A stretch of DNA of 64,000 bases from positions 7,715 through 71,714 of the forward strand of contig CASEMQ010000053.1 in assembly GCA_949289005.1 (NCBI GenBank). Reading direction: 5' to 3'. Made by a program: the position numbers and the translations under genes. The stretch is from an uncultured Lentisphaeraceae bacterium (GTDB lineage: Bacteria > Verrucomicrobiota > Kiritimatiellia > RFP12 > DVOR01). The notes under the pieces were generated by a model, which worked only from the letters and a program-made list of their open reading frames with translations, made no database searches and was not told the DNA's origin. Positions 37,379 to 47,630 of the stretch are shown piece after piece (within the stretch, counting starts at the first letter, position 1; each line of letters opens with the position of its first letter).

Positions 37379-39208
37379 ATGAGCAGTGATTTCGTGAAAG
37401 ACTTGACCCACACGCGCAACTTTTGCATCATCGCGCACATCGACCATGGCAAGACGACGCTTTCGGACAGGATTCTGGAGTTGACGAAGGCGATCGATCC
37501 GCGCCAGTTGAAGGAGCAGACCCTGGACGCGATGGATCTGGAGCGGGAGCGCGGCATCACCATCAAGAGCCACCCCGTGACGATGCAGTACACGGCGGCA
37601 AATGGGGAACGCTATCGCTTCAACCTCATCGACACGCCCGGGCATGTGGACTTCGCCTACGAGGTGAGCCGCGCGATGGGCGCGTGCGAGGGGGCGATCC
37701 TGGTGGTGGACGCGGCGCAGGGGGTGGAGGCGCAGACGGTGGCGAACGCGTATCTGGCCATCGACGCGAACCTTGAGATCATCCCGGTGCTGAACAAGGT
37801 GGACCTGCCGAGCGCGGACGTGCCGGGGGTCATCCACCAGATCGAGGACGTGCTGGGCATCCCGGTGGATCCGCAATTGTCAATCTCGGCAAAGACGGGC
37901 GTGGGCGTGCCGGAGGTGCTGGAGGAGATCGTCCGCCGGGTTCCGCCGCCGAAGACGGGGCATCCGGAGGGGCCGTTGCGGGCGTTGGTCTTCGATTCGG
38001 TCTTCGACGTCTACCGCGGCGTGATCACCTATGTGCGCGTGGTGGATGGCGCCATCCGCGCGGGCGACGTGCTGCGCTTCATGTCCACGGGGCAGACGAC
38101 GCCGGTCAAGGAGGTGGGCATCTTCTCGCCCTCGCAAAAGCCGGTGGACATCCTGGAGCCCGGCCAGGTGGGCTACATCGTGGGCGCCATCAAGGACCCG
38201 GCGGAAATCAAGGTGGGCGACACGCTCACGAGCCAGCGCGAGGGCGCGCAGGCGCCGCTCCACGGCTTCAAGGAAATCCACCCCACCGTCTTCTGCGGCA
38301 TCTATCCCGTAAGCACGGACGAGTACAACAAAGTGCGCGCGGGGCTGGAAAAGCTGCACCTGAACGACAGCGCCTTCACCTTCCATGCCGAGAGTTCGGC
38401 GGCGCTGGGCTTCGGCTTCCGCTGCGGCTTCCTGGGGCTGCTGCATATGGAGGTGGTGCAAGAGCGGCTGCGGCGCGAGTTCCAGCTCGACATCATCAAC
38501 ACCCACCCCGCCGTCGTCTACCGCGTCACCCTCAAGGATGGCACGGTGCAGGAAATCGACAACCCCGTGCTCCTGCCCGACCCCACGCGCATCGAAACCA
38601 TCGAAGAGCCCATGATCAAGGCACGCATCATCACCATGAGCGGCTGCATCGGCGACATCATGCGCCTGGTCATGGAACGGCGCGGCGTGGTCGACGGCAC
38701 GGAATCGCTCGACGCGCAACGCGTCATCCTCACCTGCATCCTCCCGCTCAACGAAATCCTCATCGACTTCCACGACACGCTCAAATCCATCTCGCGCGGC
38801 TATGCCTCGATGGACTACGAGCCCCACGGCTACCAGGCCAGCGACATCGTGCGGCTGGACATCCTGCTCAACGGCGAGCCGGTGGACGCCTTCTCCTGCA
38901 TGGTCCACCGCGACCGCGCCGTCGCCCGCGGCAAGCAAATGTGCAAAGCGCTCAGCGAGACCATCCCCCCGCACATGTTCAAAATCCCCGTGCAGGCGTG
39001 CATCGGGCGCACCATCATCGCCCGCGAGGACATCCGCCCCTTCCGCAAAGACGTCACGGCCAAACTCTACGGCGGCGACGTCACGCGCAAGCAAAAGCTG
39101 CTCAAGAAACAAGCCGAGGGCAAAAAACGCATGAAAGAGTTCGGCACCGTCAACGTCCCCCAATCGGCCTTCATCGCCGTGCTCAAAGGCTCCTCGGAGG
39201 ACAAATGA
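37379..39208 (+). CDS. lepA: Elongation factor 4 (LepA)
   Basis: [57 protein letters not shown]. Confidence 0.97.
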   Translation: MSSDFVKDLTHTRNFCIIAHIDHGKTTLSDRILELTKAIDPRQLKEQTLDAMDLERERGITIKSHPVTMQYTAANGERYRFNLIDTPGHVDFAYEVSRAMGACEGAILVVDAAQGVEAQTVANAYLAIDANLEIIPVLNKVDLPSADVPGVIHQIEDVLGIPVDPQLSISAKTGVGVPEVLEEIVRRVPPPKTGHPEGPLRALVFDSVFDVYRGVITYVRVVDGAIRAGDVLRFMSTGQTTPVKEVGIFSPSQKPVDILEPGQVGYIVGAIKDPAEIKVGDTLTSQREGAQAPLHGFKEIHPTVFCGIYPVSTDEYNKVRAGLEKLHLNDSAFTFHAESSAALGFGFRCGFLGLLHMEVVQERLRREFQLDIINTHPAVVYRVTLKDGTVQEIDNPVLLPDPTRIETIEEPMIKARIITMSGCIGDIMRLVMERRGVVDGTESLDAQRVILTCILPLNEILIDFHDTLKSISRGYASMDYEPHGYQASDIVRLDILLNGEPVDAFSCMVHRDRAVARGKQMCKALSETIPPHMFKIPVQACIGRTIIAREDIRPFRKDVTAKLYGGDVTRKQKLLKKQAEGKKRMKEFGTVNVPQSAFIAVLKGSSEDK

Positions 39209-39708
39209 TGGCAACGGACGACGTGCGCCTGGCCTGGGACTTCTGGGCCTACTTCATCAACCCTTACTTCTGGAGCGGCTTCATGGGCTGGTGCGTGGCA
39301 CAGGTCATCAAAATGACACGCGGCGCCATCCGCACCAAAAGCCTCGACTTCACCTACCTCACCAGCACCGGCGGCATGCCCAGCGCACACTCCGCGCTCG
39401 TCACCGGCGTCTTCGTCAGCCTCGGGCTCGGACAAGGCTGGGCTGCCCCCGTCACCATCGTCGCCAGCGTCGTCGCCGCCATCACCATGTTCGACGCCGC
39501 CACCGTCCGCCGCGCCGCCGGCCAACAGGCACGCCTGCTCAACAACATCACCCGCCAATTCTTCCACGAACGCCGCTTCTCCGCCAAACCGCTCAAGGAA
39601 ATGCTCGGGCACACCCGCACCGAAGTCTTCGGCGGCATGATCGCCGGCACCCTCGTGGCCATCCTGGTCATGAACGTCTGGGCGCGCTCCGGCTGGCCCA
39701 ACCTCTGA
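39205..39708 (+). CDS. Divergent PAP2 family protein (DUF212)
   Basis: AQVIK, TGGMPSAHSA, MFDAATVRRAAGQQA, LKEMLGHT..EV. Confidence 0.9.
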   Translation: MMATDDVRLAWDFWAYFINPYFWSGFMGWCVAQVIKMTRGAIRTKSLDFTYLTSTGGMPSAHSALVTGVFVSLGLGQGWAAPVTIVASVVAAITMFDAATVRRAAGQQARLLNNITRQFFHERRFSAKPLKEMLGHTRTEVFGGMIAGTLVAILVMNVWARSGWPNL

Positions 39709-39719
39709 ACGGACACCAC

Positions 39720-41291
39720 ATGGACACCGACCGCGACACGCACGCGACAGCCGACGCGACCGCCCTGGCCCAGGCACGGCGCCCCTACGACACCGCCATC
39801 TCCGTCGTCCGCGACATCAGCGCCGCCATCGGCAAAGAACGCGACCCCCAACGCCTGCTCGGCGAAGTGCTCGCCGTCCTCGACCGCCGGATGGGCATGC
39901 TCCGCGGCACCTTCACCCTCCTGCACGATGGCACCCTGACCATCGAAGCCTCCCACGGCCTGGGCGACGCCGCCCGCCTGGGGCGCTACCGCCTCGGCGA
40001 AGGCATCACCGGCGCCGTCGCCAAAACCGGCAAGCCCGAAATCATCCCCGACGTCCACGCCGACCCCCGCTTCCTCAACCGCACCGGCGTGCGTGGCGCC
40101 GACGAGCCGGTGGCCTTCATCTGCGTCCCCGTCGTCAGCCACGGCCAAATCATCGGCACCCTCAGCGTCGACCGCCACACCGGCCCCGGCGGCGACCTGG
40201 CGCACGACGCCGCCATCCTGGAAATCGTCGGCGCGCTCACCGCCGGCGCCGTCGCCGCCCTCCTCCAAGGCCAAGAGGAACGCCGCGCCCTCGAAGAAGA
40301 AAACCAACGCCTCCGCGACCTCTCCGCAAACCCCGGCGAACTCATCGGCGGCAGCCAAACCATGCGCCGCGTCTACGCGCAAATCCGCCAAGTGGCACGC
40401 TCCGACGCCACCGTCCTCCTCCGCGGCGCCACCGGCACAGGCAAAGAACTCGTCGCGCGCGCCATCGTCCGCCTCTCCGCACGCGCCAACCGCCCCTTCG
40501 TGGCCGTCAACTGCGCAGCGCTCCCCGAGGCGCTCGTCGAAAGCGAACTCTTCGGGCACGAACGCGGTGCCTTCACCGGCGCCGTCGAACGCCGGATGGG
40601 CCGCGCGGAAGAAGCCGACGGCGGCACCCTCTTCCTCGACGAAGTGGGCGACCTCACCCCGCAAACCCAAGTGAAGCTCCTCCGCTTCCTCCAAGAACGT
40701 ACCTTCTCGCGCGTGGGCAGCAACAAAGAGCTCCACGCCGACATCCGCTTCATCGCCGCCACCAGCCGCGACCTGGAGGCGCTCATCCGCGAAGGCCGCT
40801 TCCGCGAAGACCTCTACTACCGCCTCAACCTCTTCCCCATCCTCCTCCCCGACCTGGCCAAACGCCGGGAAGACATCGTCCCCCTCGCCGAGCACTTCAT
40901 CGCCGCGGCCAACGTGAAATACCGCAAGCAAGTCACGCGCCTCTCCTCCGCCGCCATCGGCAACATCCTGGCCTACCCCTGGCCCGGCAACGTCCGCGAA
41001 CTGGAAAACTGCATCGAACGCGCCGTCCTCACCTCCACCGACGGCATCATCCACACGCACAACCTCCCCCCCGCCCTCCAAGCCATCGAGGCCGACGCCC
41101 CCACCCCGGCCGCCCTCGGCGAAGCACCCCTCCACACCCTTGTCGGCGACTACGCCCGTAGCCTCATCGAAGAAGCCCTGCGGCGCACCCACGGCAACCT
41201 CGCCGCCGCCGGCCGCCTCCTCGGCGTCTCCCCCCGCATGATGAACTACAACGTCAAACGCTACGGCATCACCCCCGCCCTCTACCGCTAA
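39720..41291 (+). CDS. NifA-like sigma-54 enhancer-binding protein (GAF-AAA+-Fis HTH)
   Basis: GAF (YRLGEGITGAV, DPRFLNRTG, FICVP), GATGTGKE, ESELFGHERGAFTGA, FLDEVG, FREDLYYRL, WPGNVRELEN, C-terminal HTH. Confidence 0.92.
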   Translation: MDTDRDTHATADATALAQARRPYDTAISVVRDISAAIGKERDPQRLLGEVLAVLDRRMGMLRGTFTLLHDGTLTIEASHGLGDAARLGRYRLGEGITGAVAKTGKPEIIPDVHADPRFLNRTGVRGADEPVAFICVPVVSHGQIIGTLSVDRHTGPGGDLAHDAAILEIVGALTAGAVAALLQGQEERRALEEENQRLRDLSANPGELIGGSQTMRRVYAQIRQVARSDATVLLRGATGTGKELVARAIVRLSARANRPFVAVNCAALPEALVESELFGHERGAFTGAVERRMGRAEEADGGTLFLDEVGDLTPQTQVKLLRFLQERTFSRVGSNKELHADIRFIAATSRDLEALIREGRFREDLYYRLNLFPILLPDLAKRREDIVPLAEHFIAAANVKYRKQVTRLSSAAIGNILAYPWPGNVRELENCIERAVLTSTDGIIHTHNLPPALQAIEADAPTPAALGEAPLHTLVGDYARSLIEEALRRTHGNLAAAGRLLGVSPRMMNYNVKRYGITPALYR

Positions 41292-41315
41292 TCCCCGCCA
41301 CCCCGCCTTACCCTG

Positions 41316-42677
41316 TCATGGGGCGAGGTGGGCGAGGAGGGCGTCGGCGGCGCGGCGGGCGTCGGCCAGGGCGCGGACGACGAGCGAGGGGCCGGAGACG
41401 CAGTCGCCGCAAGCGAAGAAGCGTTGCTCAGGGGCCTCGGAGCGCAGGAAGGGGCGTTCTTGGCGCGGGAGCACGGCGAGCAGGCTTTCCGGCACGCCAA
41501 TGAAACCCATCGCCAGCAGGACCAGGTCGGCGGGGAGCGTACGCGTCGTGCCGTCGATGGGACGTTGCGCCTGGGGCTTGCCGAGCGGCGAGAAGGTCCA
41601 GCCCACATCACGCACGCGGACGCCCGTGACGTGCCCTTCGCCCTCGAAGGCGAGGGTCTCGATCGACCACAGGCGTTCGCCGCCCTCCTCGTGCGAGGAG
41701 GAGGTGCGGAGCCGCCACGGCCAGCGCGGCCACGGCGTGGAGGGCGAGCGCATCTCGGGCGGGCGCGGCAAAATCTCGATTTGGGTGACGGAGCGGGCGC
41801 CTTGGCGGATGGCGGTGCCGACGCAGTCGCTGCCGGTGTCGCCGCCGCCGATGACGACGACGCGCAGCCCTTTGGCGGAAATCGGGGGCGCGGGGAGTTC
41901 GCCGGCCAGGGCGCGGTTCTCGCCCTTGAGGAAGTCGAGGGCGAAGGCCACGCCGGCAAGGTCGCGCCCAGGGACGCGGAGGTCGCGCGGGACGCCCGCG
42001 CCAACCGCCCAGAGGACGGCGTCGTAACGTTTGGCGAGGTATTCGGGGGCGATGTCGCGGCCGATTTCCGCGCCGCAGACGAAGCGGATGCCTTCGGCCT
42101 CCATGAGGGCGACGCGGCGGGCGACGATGCTTTTGGCGAGTTTGAAGTCGGGGATGCCGTAGCGCAGGAGTCCGCCAGGGGCGCGATCGCGTTCGTAGAG
42201 GGTCACGGCGACGCCGGCGCGGTTGAGCCTGTCGGCCGCGGCGAGGCCCGCCGGGCCGGAGCCGACGATGGCGACGTGTTTGCCGAGGCGGCGGGCGGGG
42301 GGCGTGGGGCGGACGCGCCCGGCGGCCCAGGCCGCGTCGCTGATGTGGCGCTCCAGCGCGCGGATGTCAACGGGCGCGCCGCCATCCATGCCGCGGGTGC
42401 AGGAGCCTTCGCAGAGGGCGGGGCAGACGCGGGAGGTGAACTCCGGGAAGGGGTCTGTCTGGGCGAGCAGTTCGTGGGCCAGGGCATCGTCGCCCGCGGC
42501 GACGGCGGCGTTGGTCTCGGGGATAGGGTTGGCCAAGGGGCACCCCAACCCATGGCAGAAGGGCAGGCCGCAGGCCATGCAGGCTTGGGCGCGCTCGCGG
42601 CAGGCCTCGGCGGCGAGGGGAATCTCGACCTCGGCCCAGTCGCGGCGGCGTTCTTCGATGGGGCGATACTCACTCAT
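41316..42677 (-). CDS. gltD: Glutamate synthase small subunit
   Basis: CMACGLPFCH..GCP, FPEFTSRVCPALCEGSC, GSGPAGL, GGLLRYGIPDFKL, IGGGDTGSDC, GPSLVVRA. Confidence 0.93.
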   Translation of the reverse strand: MSEYRPIEERRRDWAEVEIPLAAEACRERAQACMACGLPFCHGLGCPLANPIPETNAAVAAGDDALAHELLAQTDPFPEFTSRVCPALCEGSCTRGMDGGAPVDIRALERHISDAAWAAGRVRPTPPARRLGKHVAIVGSGPAGLAAADRLNRAGVAVTLYERDRAPGGLLRYGIPDFKLAKSIVARRVALMEAEGIRFVCGAEIGRDIAPEYLAKRYDAVLWAVGAGVPRDLRVPGRDLAGVAFALDFLKGENRALAGELPAPPISAKGLRVVVIGGGDTGSDCVGTAIRQGARSVTQIEILPRPPEMRSPSTPWPRWPWRLRTSSSHEEGGERLWSIETLAFEGEGHVTGVRVRDVGWTFSPLGKPQAQRPIDGTTRTLPADLVLLAMGFIGVPESLLAVLPRQERPFLRSEAPEQRFFACGDCVSGPSLVVRALADARRAADALLAHLAP

Positions 42678-45600
42678 GGGACTGTGCCTCCAAAACACGG
42701 CGATACTCAACGGGGAAGACGCGGACGAAGCGTGGGATCCACCCGGCCAGGTCGGCCAGGATACGCGTGGCCTTGGGGCTGCCGGTGGCGGCGACGTGGG
42801 CCTCCAGGAGGGCGCGGAGCTCGTCGGCGGCCGCGGTGCCGGGCTCGATGCTTTCGAGATCGACGTCGCCCAGGTTGCACCGCAGGTCAAAGTCGCCTGC
42901 CTCGTCCAGCACATAGGCCAAGCCGCCGGTCATGCCCGCGGCGAAGTTGTCGCCCGTCGGCCCCAGGATGAGGACGCGGCCGCCGGTCATGTATTCGCAG
43001 CCGTGGTCGCCCGTGCCCTCGCAGGTGAGGGTGGCGCCGGAGTTGCGGATGGCGAAGCGTTCGCCCACCTGCCCGGCGATGTGGATGCGCCCGGAGGTGG
43101 CGCCGTAGCCGATGACGTTGCCGGCCGCGACGTTCGCCTCGGGCGCGTAGCCCGGGATCGCGGGCGGGCTCACGGCGATGACGCCGCCTGAGAGTCCCTT
43201 GCCCACATAGTCGTTGGCCACGCCCTCCAGGGAGAGGGTCACGCCGCAGGCGAGGAAGGCGCCGAGGCTTTGCCCGGCCACGCCATGCAGACGCACGCGG
43301 AAGGTGCCGTCGGGGAAGCCTTCGCCACCCGTCGCGGCGACAATCTCGCCCGCGAGACCCGTGCCGACGGAGCGGTCGACGTTGTGCACGGGCAGATCGA
43401 CCGTGCGGGGTTCGCCGGCGCGCAGGGCTTCAAGCCCGCCGAGGGCGGGGAGGAGCGCCTCGCGGTCAAAGCGGCCGGCGGGCTCCTTCGCGGGGAGGGG
43501 TTCGTCCGGGTCCGGGGCGACGCGGCCGAAGAGCGCGGCGAAGTCGAGCGTCGCGGCCTTGCCTTGGGCGGCAGCCCCGTCCGTGCGGAGGAGGTCGGCG
43601 CGGCCGCACGCCTCGTCGAGGGAGCGCAGGCCGAGGGCGGCGAGCCACTCGCGCGTCTCGCGGGCGATGAAGGTGAGGAAGTTGATGATGTATTCCGGCT
43701 TGCCGGAGAAGCACTTGCGGCGCTCGGGGTCTTGCGTGGCGACGCCGGCCGGGCAGGTGTTGGCGTGGCATTGGCGCATCATGACGCAACCCAGGCAGAC
43801 AAGGATGGTGGTGGCGAAGCCGAACTCCTGCGCACCGAGCAAAGCGGCGACAACCACGTCGCGCCCGGTCTTGAGCTGGCCATCGACTTGGAGGCGGACG
43901 CGCCGGCGCAGGTGGTTGAGCGTCAGCGTGCGGTGGGTCTCGGAGAGGCCGAGTTCCCAGGGCAGGCCGGCGTGGTGGATGGAGGAGAGGGGCGAGGCCC
44001 CGGTGCCGCCATCGTGGCCGGCCACGAGGATGACATCGGCCTGGGCCTTGGCGACGCCCGCCGCGACGGTGCCGACGCCGGCCTCGGAGACGAGTTTGAC
44101 GGAGATGCGCGCGGCGGGGTTCACGGTGCGGAGGTCGTGGATGAGCTGCGCGAAGTCCTCGATGGAATAGATGTCGTGGTGCGGGGGCGGGGAGATGAGG
44201 GTGAGCCCAGGGAGCGCGTGGCGGATGCGCGCGACGAAGGCATCCACCTTGTGCCCGGGGAGTTGGCCGCCCTCGCCGGGCTTCGCGCCCTGGGCAATCT
44301 TGATTTGGATGTCGCGGGCGTTGCGCAAGTAGGCCGCGGTGACGCCGAAGCGCCCGGAGGCGATTTGCTTGATGGCGCTCGCGCGGTCGGTGCCGAAGCG
44401 CTCGGCGTTTTCGCCACCCTCGCCGGAGTTGCTCATCGCGCCGATGGCGTTCATGGCGCGGGCGATGGTCTCGTGCGCCTCGGGGCTGAGCGAGCCCAGG
44501 CTCATGGCGCCGGAGACGAAGTGCCGCAGGATGGACGCCTCGCTCTCCACCTCCTCGATCGGGATGGCCTGCGTGGGCTTGAAGGCGAAGAGCCCGCGCA
44601 AGGTGCACAGATGGCGGGCCTGGCCGTCGATGGCCCGGGAGAAACATTTGAAGCGCCCATAGTCGCCCTCGCGGACGGCTTGGCGGAAGTCCGCCAGGTT
44701 TTGCGGCGTCCAGAGGTGGCGTTCGCCGTCCGCACGGAAGACGTGTTCGCCGCCTGCCGGCAGGAGCGGCGTGGGCGCGACGGCGGAGGCGTTGCGGCGG
44801 TTGGCATCGCGCGCGATTTCGTCCAACCCAATGCCGCCCACGCGGCTGACGGTACCCGGGAGCCACCGCGCCACCAATGCCTCGCCCAGGCCGACGGCCT
44901 CGAAGATTTGGGACGAGCGGTAGGAGCGGAGCGTGGAGACGCCCATCTTGGACATGACCTTGAGGAGGCCCTTGTCGAGCGCTTGGACAAAGTGCCCCGT
45001 GGCGGTCACGGCGTCGCAGCCGGTCTGCCCCCGCGCGGCGAGGTCGGCCACCGTGGCCAAGGCCAGCCAAGGGTTCACGGCGGTGGCGCCGTAGCCCAGC
45101 AGAAGCGCCACGTGCATCACCTCGCGCACCTCGCCGGATTGGACGACAAGCCCGGTCTCGGGACGAACGCCACATTCGGCGAGCGCCCGATTGACGGTGG
45201 CGACGGCCAAGAGCGAGGGGATGGGCGCCTCCTCGGGCGTCAGGTCGCGGTCGGAGAGGATCAGAAGGCGATGGCCGCCCTCCTGCGCCAAAGACACGGC
45301 CTCCTGCGCGAGGCGTTCAAGCGCGACCGCCAACGCCGCGCCGTCGCCCCCCGCGGGGAAGGCCAGGCGCAACGTGGCGGGACGGAAGGCCGAGGTGCCG
45401 ACCCGCCCCAAAAGCTCCACCTCGGCATCGGTGAGGATGGGGCGTGTGAGTTTGATGAGACGCGCGTGGGCGGGGGTCTCCGCGAGGATGTTGGCGCGGT
45501 TGCCCACATAGGTCATCAGGCTCATCACCGACCGCTCGCGAATGGGGTCGATGGGCGGGTTGGTCACTTGGGCGAAACGTTGCTTGAAGTAATCGAAGAG

Positions 45601-47094
45601 CAGGCGCGGGCGCCCGGAAAGCACGGCAAGGGCGGAGTCGTCGCCCATCGAGCCGACCGGCTCCGCCCCCTGGCGCGCCATCGGCAAAACAATGGCCGAG
45701 ACATCCTCGCGGGAGTAGCCGAAGCGCCGTTGGAGGGCGACGAGCCCACCGGGCACGGCGGCGGGCGCGGTCTCGCGGAAAAGCCCGTTGACGACGATGC
45801 GGTTTTCCTCGACCCAGCGGCGATAAGGGCGCAGGCGAGCGACGTGCGACTTGATCTCGGCATCGCCCAGCAGACGATGGGCCTTCAGGTCGAGCCAGAG
45901 CATTTCGCCGGGGCGAAGGCGCCCGCGGCGCGCGACCTCGCCCGGCTCCAGGTCGAGCACGCCGGCCTCGGAGGCCAGCACGAAAGTGCCGTCTTTGCAC
46001 AGGGCGTAACGCGCGGGGCGCAGGCCGTTCCGGTCAAGGGCTGCACCGGCGTGCACGCCGTCCGAGAAGACAATGGCGGCAGGGCCGTCCCAAGGCTCCA
46101 TCAACGCGGATTCGTATTCCAGGAAGCCGCGGACGTCGCGCCCCATGCGATGGGTCGGCCCCCAAGCCTGCGGCATGAGCATGAGCATGGCGTGCGGGAG
46201 GGAACGCCCGGCGCGGACAAGCAACTCCAACATGTTGTCGAGGCAGGCGGAGTCCGACTGCCCCGGGGGAATGAGCGGCAGGGCGGTGGGCAGGTCGGGG
46301 AGCAATGGGCTCGCGAGCGCGGGCTCGCGGGCGGCAAGCGCGTTGAGGTTGCCGCGCAAGGTGTTGATCTCGCCGTTGTGGGCCAAAAGGCGGAAGGGTT
46401 GCGCGAGCGACCAGGTGGGGAAGGTGTTGGTGCTGTAGCGCTGGTGGACCACGACCAGGGGCGCGGCAAAGTCGTCCGCGCGCAAGTCAGGGTAAAAGGC
46501 GTCCAGCCGTTGCGCCAAGACGAGCCCCTTGTAGACGATGCTCCGCGCGGAGAGCGAGCAGACGTAAAGCCGCTCGCCCAACGTCTTCTCCAAATGCCGC
46601 CGCAGGATAAACAGCCGCCGCTCCAGGGCCTCCCCCTCAAGCCCTTCCGCCGCCGGCGCCAAGAAAAACTGGCGGATGCACGGGCAAGTGGCGCGCGCGG
46701 AGCGGCCGAGCGCCGTGGGGTCGGTGGGCACCTCGCGCCAACCCAGCGTACGGAACCCATCGTGACCCACACATGCCTCAATCTCGGCCTCCGCGCCTTC
46801 CCCGCCGAAAAGCATGGCCACGGCGTAACGCCCCGGCGCAGGCAACCCCGGCACGCGCGCACGAAAGAATCCGTCCGGAAGCGTCGCCAAAATCCCCGCG
46901 CCATCGCCCGTCTCCGGATCCCACCCCGTCGCGCCGCGGTGCGTAAGCCGCCGCAAAACGGTGAGCCCTTGCTCGACAATGCGATGCGACGGACGATTGT
47001 TGAGGTCGGCCACAAGCCCGACCCCACAGGCATCGTGCTCGAAACGCGGGTCGTACAAACCCTGGCGCGCGGGCAATCCGGAAAATGCATTCAT
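42670..47094 (-). CDS. gltB: Glutamate synthase large subunit
   Basis: EHDACGVG, HQRYSTNT, HNGEINT, EPWDGPA, FAQVTNPPID, AQGAKPGEGGQLPG, GDHGCEYMTGG; AAGGA RBS before ATG 47094. Confidence 0.96.
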   Translation of the reverse strand: MNAFSGLPARQGLYDPRFEHDACGVGLVADLNNRPSHRIVEQGLTVLRRLTHRGATGWDPETGDGAGILATLPDGFFRARVPGLPAPGRYAVAMLFGGEGAEAEIEACVGHDGFRTLGWREVPTDPTALGRSARATCPCIRQFFLAPAAEGLEGEALERRLFILRRHLEKTLGERLYVCSLSARSIVYKGLVLAQRLDAFYPDLRADDFAAPLVVVHQRYSTNTFPTWSLAQPFRLLAHNGEINTLRGNLNALAAREPALASPLLPDLPTALPLIPPGQSDSACLDNMLELLVRAGRSLPHAMLMLMPQAWGPTHRMGRDVRGFLEYESALMEPWDGPAAIVFSDGVHAGAALDRNGLRPARYALCKDGTFVLASEAGVLDLEPGEVARRGRLRPGEMLWLDLKAHRLLGDAEIKSHVARLRPYRRWVEENRIVVNGLFRETAPAAVPGGLVALQRRFGYSREDVSAIVLPMARQGAEPVGSMGDDSALAVLSGRPRLLFDYFKQRFAQVTNPPIDPIRERSVMSLMTYVGNRANILAETPAHARLIKLTRPILTDAEVELLGRVGTSAFRPATLRLAFPAGGDGAALAVALERLAQEAVSLAQEGGHRLLILSDRDLTPEEAPIPSLLAVATVNRALAECGVRPETGLVVQSGEVREVMHVALLLGYGATAVNPWLALATVADLAARGQTGCDAVTATGHFVQALDKGLLKVMSKMGVSTLRSYRSSQIFEAVGLGEALVARWLPGTVSRVGGIGLDEIARDANRRNASAVAPTPLLPAGGEHVFRADGERHLWTPQNLADFRQAVREGDYGRFKCFSRAIDGQARHLCTLRGLFAFKPTQAIPIEEVESEASILRHFVSGAMSLGSLSPEAHETIARAMNAIGAMSNSGEGGENAERFGTDRASAIKQIASGRFGVTAAYLRNARDIQIKIAQGAKPGEGGQLPGHKVDAFVARIRHALPGLTLISPPPHHDIYSIEDFAQLIHDLRTVNPAARISVKLVSEAGVGTVAAGVAKAQADVILVAGHDGGTGASPLSSIHHAGLPWELGLSETHRTLTLNHLRRRVRLQVDGQLKTGRDVVVAALLGAQEFGFATTILVCLGCVMMRQCHANTCPAGVATQDPERRKCFSGKPEYIINFLTFIARETREWLAALGLRSLDEACGRADLLRTDGAAAQGKAATLDFAALFGRVAPDPDEPLPAKEPAGRFDREALLPALGGLEALRAGEPRTVDLPVHNVDRSVGTGLAGEIVAATGGEGFPDGTFRVRLHGVAGQSLGAFLACGVTLSLEGVANDYVGKGLSGGVIAVSPPAIPGYAPEANVAAGNVIGYGATSGRIHIAGQVGERFAIRNSGATLTCEGTGDHGCEYMTGGRVLILGPTGDNFAAGMTGGLAYVLDEAGDFDLRCNLGDVDLESIEPGTAAADELRALLEAHVAATGSPKATRILADLAGWIPRFVRVFPVEYRRVLEAQSHE

Positions 47095-47123
47095 GCTCGG
47101 TTCCTTCATGGTTTTCCCCTTTT

Positions 47124-47140
47124 TGCAAACACCGTGCCAA
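47124..47140 (-). promoter_or_regulatory. Sigma-54 (-24/-12) promoter of gltBD
   Basis: Minus strand TTGGCACGGTGTTTGCA matches TGGCACG-N4-TTGCW, about 30 nt before the gltB ATG. Confidence 0.8.
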
Positions 47141-47197
47141 TCCCACGCCGCCATCGCAAAAACCCTCCCGCACGGCCCCGTCGGCAACACCACCCCG

Positions 47198-47360
47198 GCT
47201 TGTCGATAACTTTACGAAATCTGTTGAAAACCTGTTGAATGCCGACGGGGCCGGAAGGGGCTCAAAACCCTCTTTTCAATCTATACAAGGGGTCGTTTTC
47301 CGAGACGCGCCGTACCTCCGGTCGAGACACGCCGCATCCCAAGATGAGAGACGCCGCATC
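47198..47360 (-). repeat. Dispersed ~160-bp intergenic element, copy 2
   Basis: Reverse complement carries the same blocks as copy 1; repeat units at 47308, 47330, 47352 (period 22). Confidence 0.9.
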
Positions 47361-47630
47361 CCGCCAAGACCCCCATCGGGGCGTTCGTGACCGTCCAACC
47401 GGAAATTGCCCGGCCAAGACCGCCGAAGACCCACCGGGGCGACAAAGGCAATCGCGTACCTGCCGGCCGGGCAACCGCCACGCCCCGTAAAACGCGGCGC
47501 GTTACACAAATGTGTCGCCCGGCGCCCAAGCGGATTACATTCCTTGCAGAATAGTCACAATATTTTGCAAAGGAAACCGTTAAAGCATTAAAGGCCGCCA
47601 GCGCGGCGAACGCGACCGGAGAAAAGTGTA

